From positions 14 to 64,013 of the forward strand of contig CAYMYO010000001.1 in assembly GCA_964394685.1 (NCBI GenBank): 64,000 bases of DNA. The letters are read 5' to 3'. This stretch comes from an uncultured Gammaproteobacteria bacterium (GTDB lineage Bacteria > Patescibacteriota > Microgenomatia > UBA10105 > UBA927). Made by a program: the position numbers and the translations under genes. Of the stretch, positions 1 to 6,946 are shown one piece after another; positions within the stretch are counted from its first letter, which is position 1, and every line of letters begins with the position of its first letter. The notes below the pieces were generated by a model that was given only the letters and a program-made list of their open reading frames with translations, made no database searches and was not told the DNA's origin.

Positions 1-1093
1 TGAGGGTTTCGATTCCTTCCTTGGTTTTAGCAGAGATGAACACATGGGGAATGTCACCGGCTAACTCTGATATTTTTTGTCTATCCAGATGCGGTGCAGC
101 ATCAATTTTGTTAAACACCAATACTTCTTTATCCTGCGGAATTTTAAGCTGATCCAGAATATCGTTCACGACGCCGATTTTTTCCGTCATGAGCGGATCT
201 GATGCATCGATGATGTGAAGGACTATATCGGCGTGGACGGATTCCATGAGCGTGGATTTGAATGCTTCTATAAGTGCCGGCGGAAGATTGGCGATAAATC
301 CGATGGTGTCTGATATGAGCACTTTTTTCCCAAGACTCGGCATATAAATCTCACCGACGGTGCTGTCGAGCGTCGCAAACAACGCCTGTTCCACCAAATG
401 TTTTTTATGGGTGAGGACATTAAACAGCGATGTTTTTCCTGCATTGGTATATCCCACAATGGAGATCGTTTGCAGGCCGAGATTTTTTCTATGCTCCATC
501 TGACGTAAACGTGAATCAGCGGATTTGGCAAGCTCATCTTTGGCGCGTTTGATTTCGCGTTTCCAGTGCCGTTTCATAAGTTCCGTATTGGTTTCTCCGA
601 GCCCCCTTGTTCCGATACCGCCGCCCTGACGGGAAAGCACTATACCCATACCGTAAATCCTCGGCCCCATACTCTGCATCCGTGCAAGTTCTATCTGGAG
701 TTTGGCTTCCATCGTCCGTGCATGGTGGGAGAATATAGCAAGGATGAGATCGACTCGGTCCCAGATTTGGATATTCGGCCGTACGGTCCAAAACAATTTC
801 ATCAGTGTAAACTTCTGGCTGGGTTTGAGCTGTCCGTTGAAGATAATGATGTCTGTGGGATGCGTTTTCAGATAAACGCCGACTTCTTCCGCTTTTCCCG
901 GGCCAATATAAGTCGCATCAAATTCTTCACCTTTTTGATGGATAAGGTCCATGACTTGCGCATTCCCAAGTGTTTCAACGAGATGCCATAGTTCGGTGAT
1001 ATCCTCTTCCATGTCCGCACGGCTCATGCGCGGCCGGGAAAGGTAGACAAAGAGTATATTAAGCGGGTGGGAGAGAGTTTGCACTGCGTGCAT
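1..1093 (-). CDS. hflX: GTPase HflX. The C-terminus runs off the left edge of the window. Start taken at the upstream in-frame ATG at 1091-1093; an internal ATG at 1025-1027 is an alternative.
   Basis: The reverse-strand translation has no stop before the window edge. It reads MHAVQTLSHPLNILFVYL...GYTNAGKTSLFNVLT...DTIGFI...FNKID...PHVFISAKTKEGIETL: the HflX N-domain (ARTMEAKLQIELA, GGIGTRGLGET) followed by G1-G4 GTPase motifs. The N-terminal alignment to E. coli HflX (AVLVHIYF matching LNILFVYL) favours the longer start. Confidence 0.85.
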   Translation of the reverse strand, partial: MHAVQTLSHPLNILFVYLSRPRMSRADMEEDITELWHLVETLGNAQVMDLIHQKGEEFDATYIGPGKAEEVGVYLKTHPTDIIIFNGQLKPSQKFTLMKLFWTVRPNIQIWDRVDLILAIFSHHARTMEAKLQIELARMQSMGPRIYGMGIVLSRQGGGIGTRGLGETNTELMKRHWKREIKRAKDELAKSADSRLRQMEHRKNLGLQTISIVGYTNAGKTSLFNVLTHKKHLVEQALFATLDSTVGEIYMPSLGKKVLISDTIGFIANLPPALIEAFKSTLMESVHADIVLHIIDASDPLMTEKIGVVNDILDQLKIPQDKEVLVFNKIDAAPHLDRQKISELAGDIPHVFISAKTKEGIETL

Positions 1094-1192
1094 TATAACA
1101 AGATAAACATTTCGTTACATACTATTGCGCTATGTGTGTGGAGAGGATCAGTTCAGAATTTGATCAAGCGTTATCTATTTGTGGTATAGTAA

Positions 1193-1387
1193 ATGTATTC
1201 CATGGATAGAAAAACTCAATTTCTCAAAGTGTATGCAAATTTGCCATTAGGCGCCAGGGAAGAAATCGTGGCTGTTGTTGACGGTGAACCGTTGACATGG
1301 AAATCTGCAAAATTAGAGATAGAACAGGATACGCTGAAAGGAAAGCAGGTGTTAGAAACATTGACAAACCTTAAGATTTTACCATGA
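1193..1387 (+). CDS. Small hypothetical protein (64 aa), first gene of a coupled three-gene unit. It shows weak apparent paralogy to the next small ORF.
   Basis: Complete ORF. Its stop overlaps the next start (ATGA at 1384-1387). It shares the pattern EI..V.DG..L..K.AKLE..Q...GKQ..E with the following ORF. Confidence 0.45.
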   Translation: MYSMDRKTQFLKVYANLPLGAREEIVAVVDGEPLTWKSAKLEIEQDTLKGKQVLETLTNLKILP

Positions 1388-1632
1388 CTGATAAAACCCC
1401 AGATCAATTAAAATTAACAGAGGAAGAAAAGAATAAACTTAAGGAACTTGTTTTAGCGCGCCTTTCTGTTATGCCGCAAGAAATCTCCATATCCATTGGT
1501 GATAAGAATTTGGACAAGAAAGCACTTACAGAGCATGTTCAATCAGAAGATGAAATTGGTAAACAAATGATGGAAATGGATCTTGAATTTCTTCAGGACC
1601 TCGCGAGAGGTGCTATTTACGGACATGAATAA
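1384..1632 (+). CDS. Small hypothetical acidic protein (82 aa), second gene of the coupled unit.
   Basis: Complete ORF. Its start overlaps the upstream stop, and its own stop overlaps the downstream start (ATGAATAA at 1625-1632). Confidence 0.45.
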   Translation: MTDKTPDQLKLTEEEKNKLKELVLARLSVMPQEISISIGDKNLDKKALTEHVQSEDEIGKQMMEMDLEFLQDLARGAIYGHE

Positions 1633-2278
1633 TTCCCTTCTTGTTACAAGACCAAATCATGACTCAGCGACCAATTATCTCTATCATTGGACTGAACCGG
1701 TCATTGACGAGGCAAAACGAAAACATATCCCTGTATATGATTTGAAAGAAGACAAAGCAACGAAGAAAAACTTTTTGAGTTATTTGCAATCCAAACATCC
1801 GGGTTTTCTTTTTTTAAATGGCCATGGGGACGCTGAAACTGTTACAGGACAAAATTATGACGTTTTATTGGATAAAACCGTGAATAAAAATTTCGTTTCT
1901 GACACTATAATATACGCAAGAAGTTGTGATTCTGGAAAAATATTAGGAAATACACTGGTACAGCATGGAGTTTTGGCATTTATCGGATATACAAGGAAAT
2001 TTATTGTCGGAACGACGCGATTAAACATAACGAAGCCCCTTAAGGATCCATTAGCAAAATTATTTTTGGAGCCCTCCAATCTCATTCCGACGACGATACT
2101 CAAAGGTCATACTGCAGGTGAAGCAGACCGTCGATCGAAACAGGAGATGCTGAAAAATTTTCAGAAAATGATTTCTAGCGCTGGATCATTTGAAGAACGT
2201 TACGCTGCTCGATGGTTGTGGTCAAATATACGAAGTCAAGTAGTGATAGGTGATCAAAACTCATCCATAAATTCATAA
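1625..2278 (+). CDS. Minimal caspase-like (peptidase C14 / clan CD, orthocaspase-like) domain protein of about 217 aa.
   Basis: The in-frame ATG at 1625 overlaps the upstream stop. A hydrophobic strand precedes the His motif FLFLNGHGD and a second precedes the Cys motif TIIYARSCDSG, with 32 aa between them. This matches the metacaspase pattern FFHYSGHG ... ALFDSCHSG, including a PG before the His strand (KHPGFLFLNGHG). There is no signal peptide or TM segment. Confidence 0.55.
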   Translation: MNNSLLVTRPNHDSATNYLYHWTEPVIDEAKRKHIPVYDLKEDKATKKNFLSYLQSKHPGFLFLNGHGDAETVTGQNYDVLLDKTVNKNFVSDTIIYARSCDSGKILGNTLVQHGVLAFIGYTRKFIVGTTRLNITKPLKDPLAKLFLEPSNLIPTTILKGHTAGEADRRSKQEMLKNFQKMISSAGSFEERYAARWLWSNIRSQVVIGDQNSSINS

Positions 2279-2286
2279 TTACATTC

Positions 2287-3246
2287 ATGTTTAAGGGATT
2301 ACTCTTCAGGATTATTGTTTCGATAGTTGTTGTGGTGGGGGCCATTTTCCTTTTCTTCGGACCGGTGGGAACAAAAAAAGAAATGGAGCTGTTTGTGGTG
2401 CCACAGAACGCGGAAAATTTTGACGTGGCGGGGGAATTGAAAAAGCAGGGATTTGTCCGAAGCGAGTGGATTACAAGAATTATTCTTGAAGGTTCAACCA
2501 TCGAGCCGGGAGGATACCGGCTCAATAAATCAATGTGGTTGTGGCAGGTGACATTTACGATGAAAAGCAAACCGAGTCTTGTGTGGGTGACAATTGTTGG
2601 TTGTCAACGCAGGGAGCAGATTGCAGAAGTTTTGCAAAAAGCATTAGGATGGGACCAGACAAAACTTAATCAGTGGAACAACGCATATAAAAGCATGGAA
2701 TCGGATTATTTGGAAGGCGTATATTATCCCGACACGTATTTACTTCCCGTTGATGAAACAGGTGGTCAGGTAGCCAAACGGTTTATTGACCGCTTCAATG
2801 AAAAGTTTGCTCCGTATTCCCAAAAATTTCAGGACGCAAATATCCGGTGGGTAACAGCACTGAAAATTGCATCCTTAATTGAGCGGGAAGCGGGAGGGGC
2901 AAGTGACATGAAGCTTATTTCCGGCATTATCTGGAACAGGTTAAATATTAATATGCGCCTTCAGATTGATGCGACCATGCAATATACAAAAGGTCAGAAA
3001 TCTGATGAAAGTTGGTGGGGAGGAATAGATTTGACGGAAAAATTGAGCGACTCGCCGTACAACACATACCTCTATAAAGGCTTACCGCCTACACCTATTT
3101 GCAGCCCGGGAGTTATCTCCATTGAAGCAGTTTTATATCCGGAGGAAACAGACTGTCTGTATTATATTCATGACCGGAGCCGCCAGATCCACTGTGCAAA
3201 AACGTATGCGGAACATAAAAAGAATATTCAATTGTATTTACAATAG
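2287..3246 (+). CDS. mltG: Endolytic murein transglycosylase MltG (YceG family).
   Basis: N-terminal TM segment (FRIIVSIVVVVGAIFLFF). Motifs EGVYYPDTYLLP, IASLIEREAG, PYNTYLYKGLPPTPICSPG. Confidence 0.85.
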   Translation: MFKGLLFRIIVSIVVVVGAIFLFFGPVGTKKEMELFVVPQNAENFDVAGELKKQGFVRSEWITRIILEGSTIEPGGYRLNKSMWLWQVTFTMKSKPSLVWVTIVGCQRREQIAEVLQKALGWDQTKLNQWNNAYKSMESDYLEGVYYPDTYLLPVDETGGQVAKRFIDRFNEKFAPYSQKFQDANIRWVTALKIASLIEREAGGASDMKLISGIIWNRLNINMRLQIDATMQYTKGQKSDESWWGGIDLTEKLSDSPYNTYLYKGLPPTPICSPGVISIEAVLYPEETDCLYYIHDRSRQIHCAKTYAEHKKNIQLYLQ

Positions 3247-3296
3247 GGTGTGGTATATAATGGGGCGATAGAAAGCCACCTGTCCGGAAAGGTTAG

Positions 3297-3737
3297 GTGC
3301 GTGTGGACAAGGAACGATTACCCCACGGGAAAGCAGTGAACCGGCGAAGGATACTGGCTGAGACTCGGCAAAGAGCGGTGTTTAATGTGGACCAACGGAT
3401 TATCGAGAGAAGCCAAGCGGAGCGGCGTTTGATGGAAATTGATCAGATACTGTCTCCTGATGACCAGACCTTATCTATTATGAACGATCAGGAACGGGAG
3501 CAAACCCGGACCGGTTTGGAGATTGAACGCATTTGGCTGCAATTTAAGTTCAGTATGATCACCCCAGTGGAAAAACAGCGATTACTTGCAGGTAAATTTG
3601 ACGAATTGGAGAAGACCAAACCTGACTTGTACAACTGGTTAGTCGCTAGGAACGAAGACGAGTTGTCTATGGCGGAGCGGATTCGTGATAAGGTGATGCC
3701 ACCCATACGTGTTGCAGGATATTATACAAAGCGCTAG
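3297..3737 (+). CDS. Hypothetical Arg/Glu-rich protein with a GC-rich 5' portion. GTG start; alternative ATG start at 3432.
   Basis: Complete ORF from GTG 3297, with a stop at 3294-3296 just upstream. The N-terminal 45 codons are strongly GC- and Arg-rich, unlike the neighbours. No recognisable family. Confidence 0.35.
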   Translation: MRVDKERLPHGKAVNRRRILAETRQRAVFNVDQRIIERSQAERRLMEIDQILSPDDQTLSIMNDQEREQTRTGLEIERIWLQFKFSMITPVEKQRLLAGKFDELEKTKPDLYNWLVARNEDELSMAERIRDKVMPPIRVAGYYTKR

Positions 3738-3784
3738 TGAATTTCAAAGCGTCAGAACTTCTTCTGAAGGTGTAAAATATATTT

Positions 3785-4456
3785 ATGTACAAACTTTCTC
3801 CGTCCGACTTTGCGTACTTATATGAAGAGTGTAAGTTTTGTTATGTGTTGAAAATCAAACGGGGAGTTATTCGGCCGAGCATGCCCATGCCGGGGGTATT
3901 TTCTGCACTCAATACACGTCTTCAAGGAACGCTTATTGGAAAAGAACTCCGGCAGCTTTCACCAGAACTTCCTGCAGGCATTGTAGAAAGTCAGGAAGGG
4001 CATATAGAATCGCAAGTGATACCCGGAACAAAAGTATATATCAAAGGGAAGTATGATTTGTTAGTCAGGCAGCCGGATAATACGTATCTGATTGTTGATT
4101 TTAAAATCAGCCAGCCAAGTGAGGATAAGACAACCAAATTTCAAACACAACTGCAGGCATATCATTACGCGTTTGAACATCCGGCTCACGGGGAACCGAT
4201 TGTCATAACCAAAACGGGACTCATCATCATGTATCCGGACAAAACAACATTTGAAAACGGCCGGGCAATTCTTGATTTTCCACCGCAGTGGCTGGAAATT
4301 CCCATTGATGAACAAAAATTTTTACGGTTTATGGGAGAGGTGAGTTTGCTTTTGGAAGGACCGACACCCATGGAAAATCCACATTGTCCGTGGTGTCAGT
4401 ATCGGCATTTGGGAGAAAAACTCGCTCATCCGCAAACATTAGATATACCGTTTTAA
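3785..4456 (+). CDS. Cas4/RecB-like PD-(D/E)XK nuclease (DUF83-like) with a putative Fe-S cluster.
   Basis: N-terminal CKFCY and C-terminal CPWC cysteine pairs. Motif II/III YDLLVRQ...YLIVDFKIS (D...D-x-K). QLQAYHYA matches the QxxxY motif of RecB-family nucleases. No cas genes are nearby. Confidence 0.6.
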   Translation: MYKLSPSDFAYLYEECKFCYVLKIKRGVIRPSMPMPGVFSALNTRLQGTLIGKELRQLSPELPAGIVESQEGHIESQVIPGTKVYIKGKYDLLVRQPDNTYLIVDFKISQPSEDKTTKFQTQLQAYHYAFEHPAHGEPIVITKTGLIIMYPDKTTFENGRAILDFPPQWLEIPIDEQKFLRFMGEVSLLLEGPTPMENPHCPWCQYRHLGEKLAHPQTLDIPF

Positions 4457-4481
4457 TTAGTATTTCAAGTATTTTCTTCAC

Positions 4482-4512
4482 AAAAAAACCTCACTTACGC
4501 AAGGTTTTTTGT
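4482..4512. terminator. Bidirectional rho-independent terminator between convergent genes.
   Basis: The stem aaaaaacct (4483-4491) pairs with aggtttttt (4502-4510) around a 10-nt loop. A/T tracts on both sides mean it can serve the Cas4-like gene (+) and cspA (-). Confidence 0.55.
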
Positions 4513-4532
4513 CTTACTTTCTAAAAAGTAAA

Positions 4533-4733
4533 TTACGCTGCTAATTTTACATTCTTTGCAGCCGGTCCTTTTTCTCCATCAACGACGTCAAATTCAACTT
4601 TCGCTCCAACTTGAAGCGCGTCAAACATAACACCGACTAGATCTTTTGAATGAAAGAAAAGGTCTTTTGTTTCGCCGTCACGGGCGATAAAACCAAATCC
4701 TCTATCTGTTTTTACTTTAATTGTACCAGTCAT
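4533..4733 (-). CDS. cspA: Cold-shock protein (CspA family).
   Basis: MTGTIKVKTDRGFGFIARDGETKDLFFHSKDL: RNP1/RNP2 cold-shock domain, 66 aa. Confidence 0.9.
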   Translation of the reverse strand: MTGTIKVKTDRGFGFIARDGETKDLFFHSKDLVGVMFDALQVGAKVEFDVVDGEKGPAAKNVKLAA

Positions 4734-4784
4734 AGTAGTTTGTCTCCTTTCTGTTCACCATTATAACAGATTTTGCAGTATTAC

Positions 4785-4858
4785 GTGATTTCGAACGGTT
4801 ACTCAATGGTTACAAGGCTATTTTCAATCAAATTTTAGTTCGAAATCGTTGAGCGGAA
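4785..4858 (+). repeat. Copy 1 of an ~75-95-nt repeated element with a 10-bp terminal inverted repeat (GATTTCGAAC...GTTCGAAATC). It overlaps the promoter region of the LigT-like gene.
   Basis: GATTTCGAAC at 4787-4796 and GTTCGAAATC at 4838-4847 flank a conserved core GGTTAcaAGGCTATTTTcaaTCAAA, followed by GAGCGGAA. It is near-identical to the copy at 5434-5529. Confidence 0.6.
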
Positions 4859-4871
4859 CCAGAACCTAAGA

Positions 4872-4880
4872 TGATATAAT
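4872..4880 (+). promoter_or_regulatory. Extended -10 promoter element (TGaTATAAT) immediately upstream of the LigT-like ATG. It implies a leaderless or near-leaderless transcript.
   Basis: TGATATAAT ends 8 nt before ATG 4888. Confidence 0.4.
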
Positions 4881-4887
4881 TCTAGCT

Positions 4888-5412
4888 ATGCTTCAGAGTG
4901 TTATCCTTATCCCTATTCCTTCAGCGGATCCTGTTATTGGTGAATGGCGAAAAAAATATGATCACGTAGCACTCCATGGGATTCCGGCACATATTACACT
5001 TCTTTTTCCATTTAAAGAATCATCTCAAATTACTCAAGAAATAATAAAGAAACTCGAAGGTATATTTTTGAAGGTTAAACAATTTCCTTTTACCTTAGAT
5101 AGGATAAATACATTTCCGAACGTGATTTTTCTTGATCCGAATCCAAGAGATGAGTTTATTAAGTTAATCGAAGCAATTGTTCATATTTTCCCGGAAAATT
5201 CGCCCTATGAAGGAAAGTACTCGTCGATAAATCCTCATGCAACTATTGCACAGATAAGTGATATTGAAAAGACAGATTCATTGAAGAAACAAATAGAAGA
5301 AGATATTTCAATAAACTTTCCAATTCAATGTCTGGCAAAGGAAGCATGGTTAATGATTGAAGATGAGAAAGGTGAATGGCATATTCAATCAAAATTTCAA
5401 TTTCTTTCCTAG
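4888..5412 (+). CDS. 2H phosphoesterase superfamily protein (LigT / 2'-5' RNA ligase-like).
   Basis: Two H-x-T/S-x motifs (HITLLF and HATIAQ) with the spacing typical of LigT-like 2H enzymes. GC content is lower than the surrounding core genes. Confidence 0.55.
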   Translation: MLQSVILIPIPSADPVIGEWRKKYDHVALHGIPAHITLLFPFKESSQITQEIIKKLEGIFLKVKQFPFTLDRINTFPNVIFLDPNPRDEFIKLIEAIVHIFPENSPYEGKYSSINPHATIAQISDIEKTDSLKKQIEEDISINFPIQCLAKEAWLMIEDEKGEWHIQSKFQFLS

Positions 5413-5433
5413 TGTCTTGTACCCCCATACTGC

Positions 5434-5529
5434 ATGATTTCGAATGATTGCTCCAGGGTTATGAGGCTATTTTTAGTCAAATATTAGTTCGAAATCGTTG
5501 AATTTGAATTTTCAACTGTTTGAGCGGAA
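5434..5529 (+). repeat. Copy 2 of the repeated element (same orientation as copy 1). It carries a 19-nt insertion that forms an extra small hairpin.
   Basis: GATTTCGAAT at 5436-5445 and GTTCGAAATC at 5487-5496. The extra hairpin GTTGAA-tttgaatt-TTCAAC lies at 5497-5516, then GAGCGGAA at 5522-5529. The copy is preceded by TGTACCCCCA (5417-5426). Confidence 0.6.
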
Positions 5530-5552
5530 AAGTAACTATATTTGCTGTTTCC

Positions 5553-5580
5553 TTGACTTTAGGTAAAAAAATGATAATAT
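5553..5580 (+). promoter_or_regulatory. Sigma70-like promoter for the 5640 gene.
   Basis: -35 TTGACT at 5553-5558. Extended -10 TGaTAATAT at 5572-5580, with a 16-nt spacer to TAATAT. Confidence 0.45.
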
Positions 5581-5639
5581 CGCATTAGGACAATATAAAT
5601 ATGTTATAATGATACGTAAATGCGTATTTATTAATAATT

Positions 5640-6209
5640 ATGAGATTCAAAGAAAATTATTTAGCCGAAATAAATAGAAAAAAATCGCAAGCAGAAATTA
5701 ATGCTACAAATGCTCAACTAGAAGGAGAACGTCTTAAAACAATTCGCTCAGCAAATCGTGCCCGTTTTGAAGCTGAAGAAGCTCGTCAAAAAGCCAAATT
5801 TTTTGAATTTCTTCAATCCACACCAATACCTCAATTAATGCACGATGCAAAAGATGTTATTCCTGGTGTTGAACTTAATGAAAGTACTCGTGGAGGACTA
5901 AACCTTCAATCCTGGCAAGAAGGAGAATTAAAAATCGAAAGATTTTCTCAGCAATATGATTTCGAATGGACTGACTATGAAGTTAGTTTTAATAATGATC
6001 TTAGTATTTCTGTTCATGTTCAAGATGATGGTGCAGTCACATTTAGATTCGGAGGCCCAGCAGATTGCGATGATCGGTTCCAACAACGAAGAACAATAAA
6101 TTATCGGTCATGGTCACAAAATCCAAGTTTACTTGATAATACCCTATTACATGCAATACATCATCCTACAAAACATCATCAAGTTAATATTGTATCAAGC
6201 CCGTTTTAA
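5640..6209 (+). CDS. Hypothetical protein (189 aa), very AT-rich.
   Basis: Complete ORF downstream of a good promoter. No recognisable domain. The N-terminus looks coiled-coil (EINATNAQLEGERLKTIRSANRARFEAEEARQKAK). Confidence 0.45.
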   Translation: MRFKENYLAEINRKKSQAEINATNAQLEGERLKTIRSANRARFEAEEARQKAKFFEFLQSTPIPQLMHDAKDVIPGVELNESTRGGLNLQSWQEGELKIERFSQQYDFEWTDYEVSFNNDLSISVHVQDDGAVTFRFGGPADCDDRFQQRRTINYRSWSQNPSLLDNTLLHAIHHPTKHHQVNIVSSPF

Positions 6210-6237
6210 TATCTATTTACCTAACGTGTACCCCCAG

Positions 6238-6300
6238 CCGGATTCCCGTTCGACTCGAAGACTCGCTCAGAGCGCAGCGAACCGGATTATTTTGTGCCGC
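6238..6300 (+). terminator. GC-rich structured element with terminator-like architecture downstream of the 5640 gene.
   Basis: CCGG(attcccg)TTCG ... CGAACCGG is an interrupted inverted repeat with an internal CGCTC-a-GAGCG hairpin, followed by ATTATTTT. It is preceded by TGTACCCCCA (6229-6238), the same 10-mer found after the LigT-like gene. Confidence 0.4.
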
Positions 6301-6397
6301 GTAAGGGAGTCGGACCCTTGTTGATAGATTGAGAATCTACCGTACTAACCGTTATACGAACGCGGCAGAAGTTACAGCTAATTCTATCAATAACCTC

Positions 6398-6426
6398 TTG
6401 ACATCACAAGCGAAGTTCGATAGACT
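6398..6426 (+). promoter_or_regulatory. Sigma70-like promoter for greA.
   Basis: -35 TTGACA at 6398-6403, a 17-nt spacer, -10 TAGACT at 6421-6426. Confidence 0.5.
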
Positions 6427-6462
6427 TTGAAAACTTACTAGGGATTGAAAGCCCTATTTTTT

Positions 6463-6918
6463 ATGGATAGACCATTATTGACAAAGCAGGGACTTGCGGA
6501 ATTACAGGTTGAATATAAAGATCTGGTTGGTGTTAAACGGCCGGCGGCTGTTTCCAGGCTTTCTGATGCGCGCGAGCTTGGGGATTTAAGTGAAAACAGC
6601 GAGTATGCATCGGCAAAACAGGATCTTGCGTTTATTGACGGCAGAATTGCCGAACTTGAAGAAATCCTTCATGGTGCAAAAATCATTACCTCTCACCCGA
6701 AAGGGCTTGTTGATGTTGGATGTAAAGTGACGATTCATCTGAACGGAAAAAAAGACATTTTTCATGTCGTTGGTGAGTGGGAAGCGGATCCGTCAAACAA
6801 AAAAATTTCTCATTCATCTCCGCTTGGCAAAGCCCTCATGGGAAAAAAGGTAGGAGAAATAGTAGAAGTGGAAGCTCCTGCTGGCAAGGTCCTCTATAAA
6901 ATTATTGAGATAGAATAA
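6463..6918 (+). CDS. greA: Transcription elongation factor GreA.
   Basis: N-terminal coiled coil (LTKQGLAELQVEYKDL...RPAAVSRLSDARELGDLSENSEYASAK) and a C-terminal FKBP-like domain. ATG 6463 is preferred over the TTG at 6445. Confidence 0.85.
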   Translation: MDRPLLTKQGLAELQVEYKDLVGVKRPAAVSRLSDARELGDLSENSEYASAKQDLAFIDGRIAELEEILHGAKIITSHPKGLVDVGCKVTIHLNGKKDIFHVVGEWEADPSNKKISHSSPLGKALMGKKVGEIVEVEAPAGKVLYKIIEIE

Positions 6919-6946
6919 TTTCGGCAGTTTCTGATAAAATAAGAAT

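Noticed and set aside
268-991. Three complete ORFs in the supplied track (268-537 on the reverse strand, 534-791 on the reverse strand, 566-991 on the forward strand).
   Set aside because: All three lie inside the hflX coding region in other frames. Their translations are low-complexity nonsense, whereas the untracked reverse-strand frame gives a full HflX GTPase. They are spurious.
4785-5529. The repeats flanking the LigT-like gene as integron attC sites.
   Set aside because: The terminal motifs (TTTCGAAC / GTTCGAA) do not fit the attC R-double-prime RYYYAAC and R-prime GTTRRRY cores, and no intI is present.
6228-6330. Possible tRNA or small RNA gene in the GC-rich stretch after the 5640 gene.
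   Set aside because: There is no T-arm GTTCRANYC box and no cloverleaf on either strand. It is better explained as a complex terminator related to the LigT-flanking inverted-repeat element.
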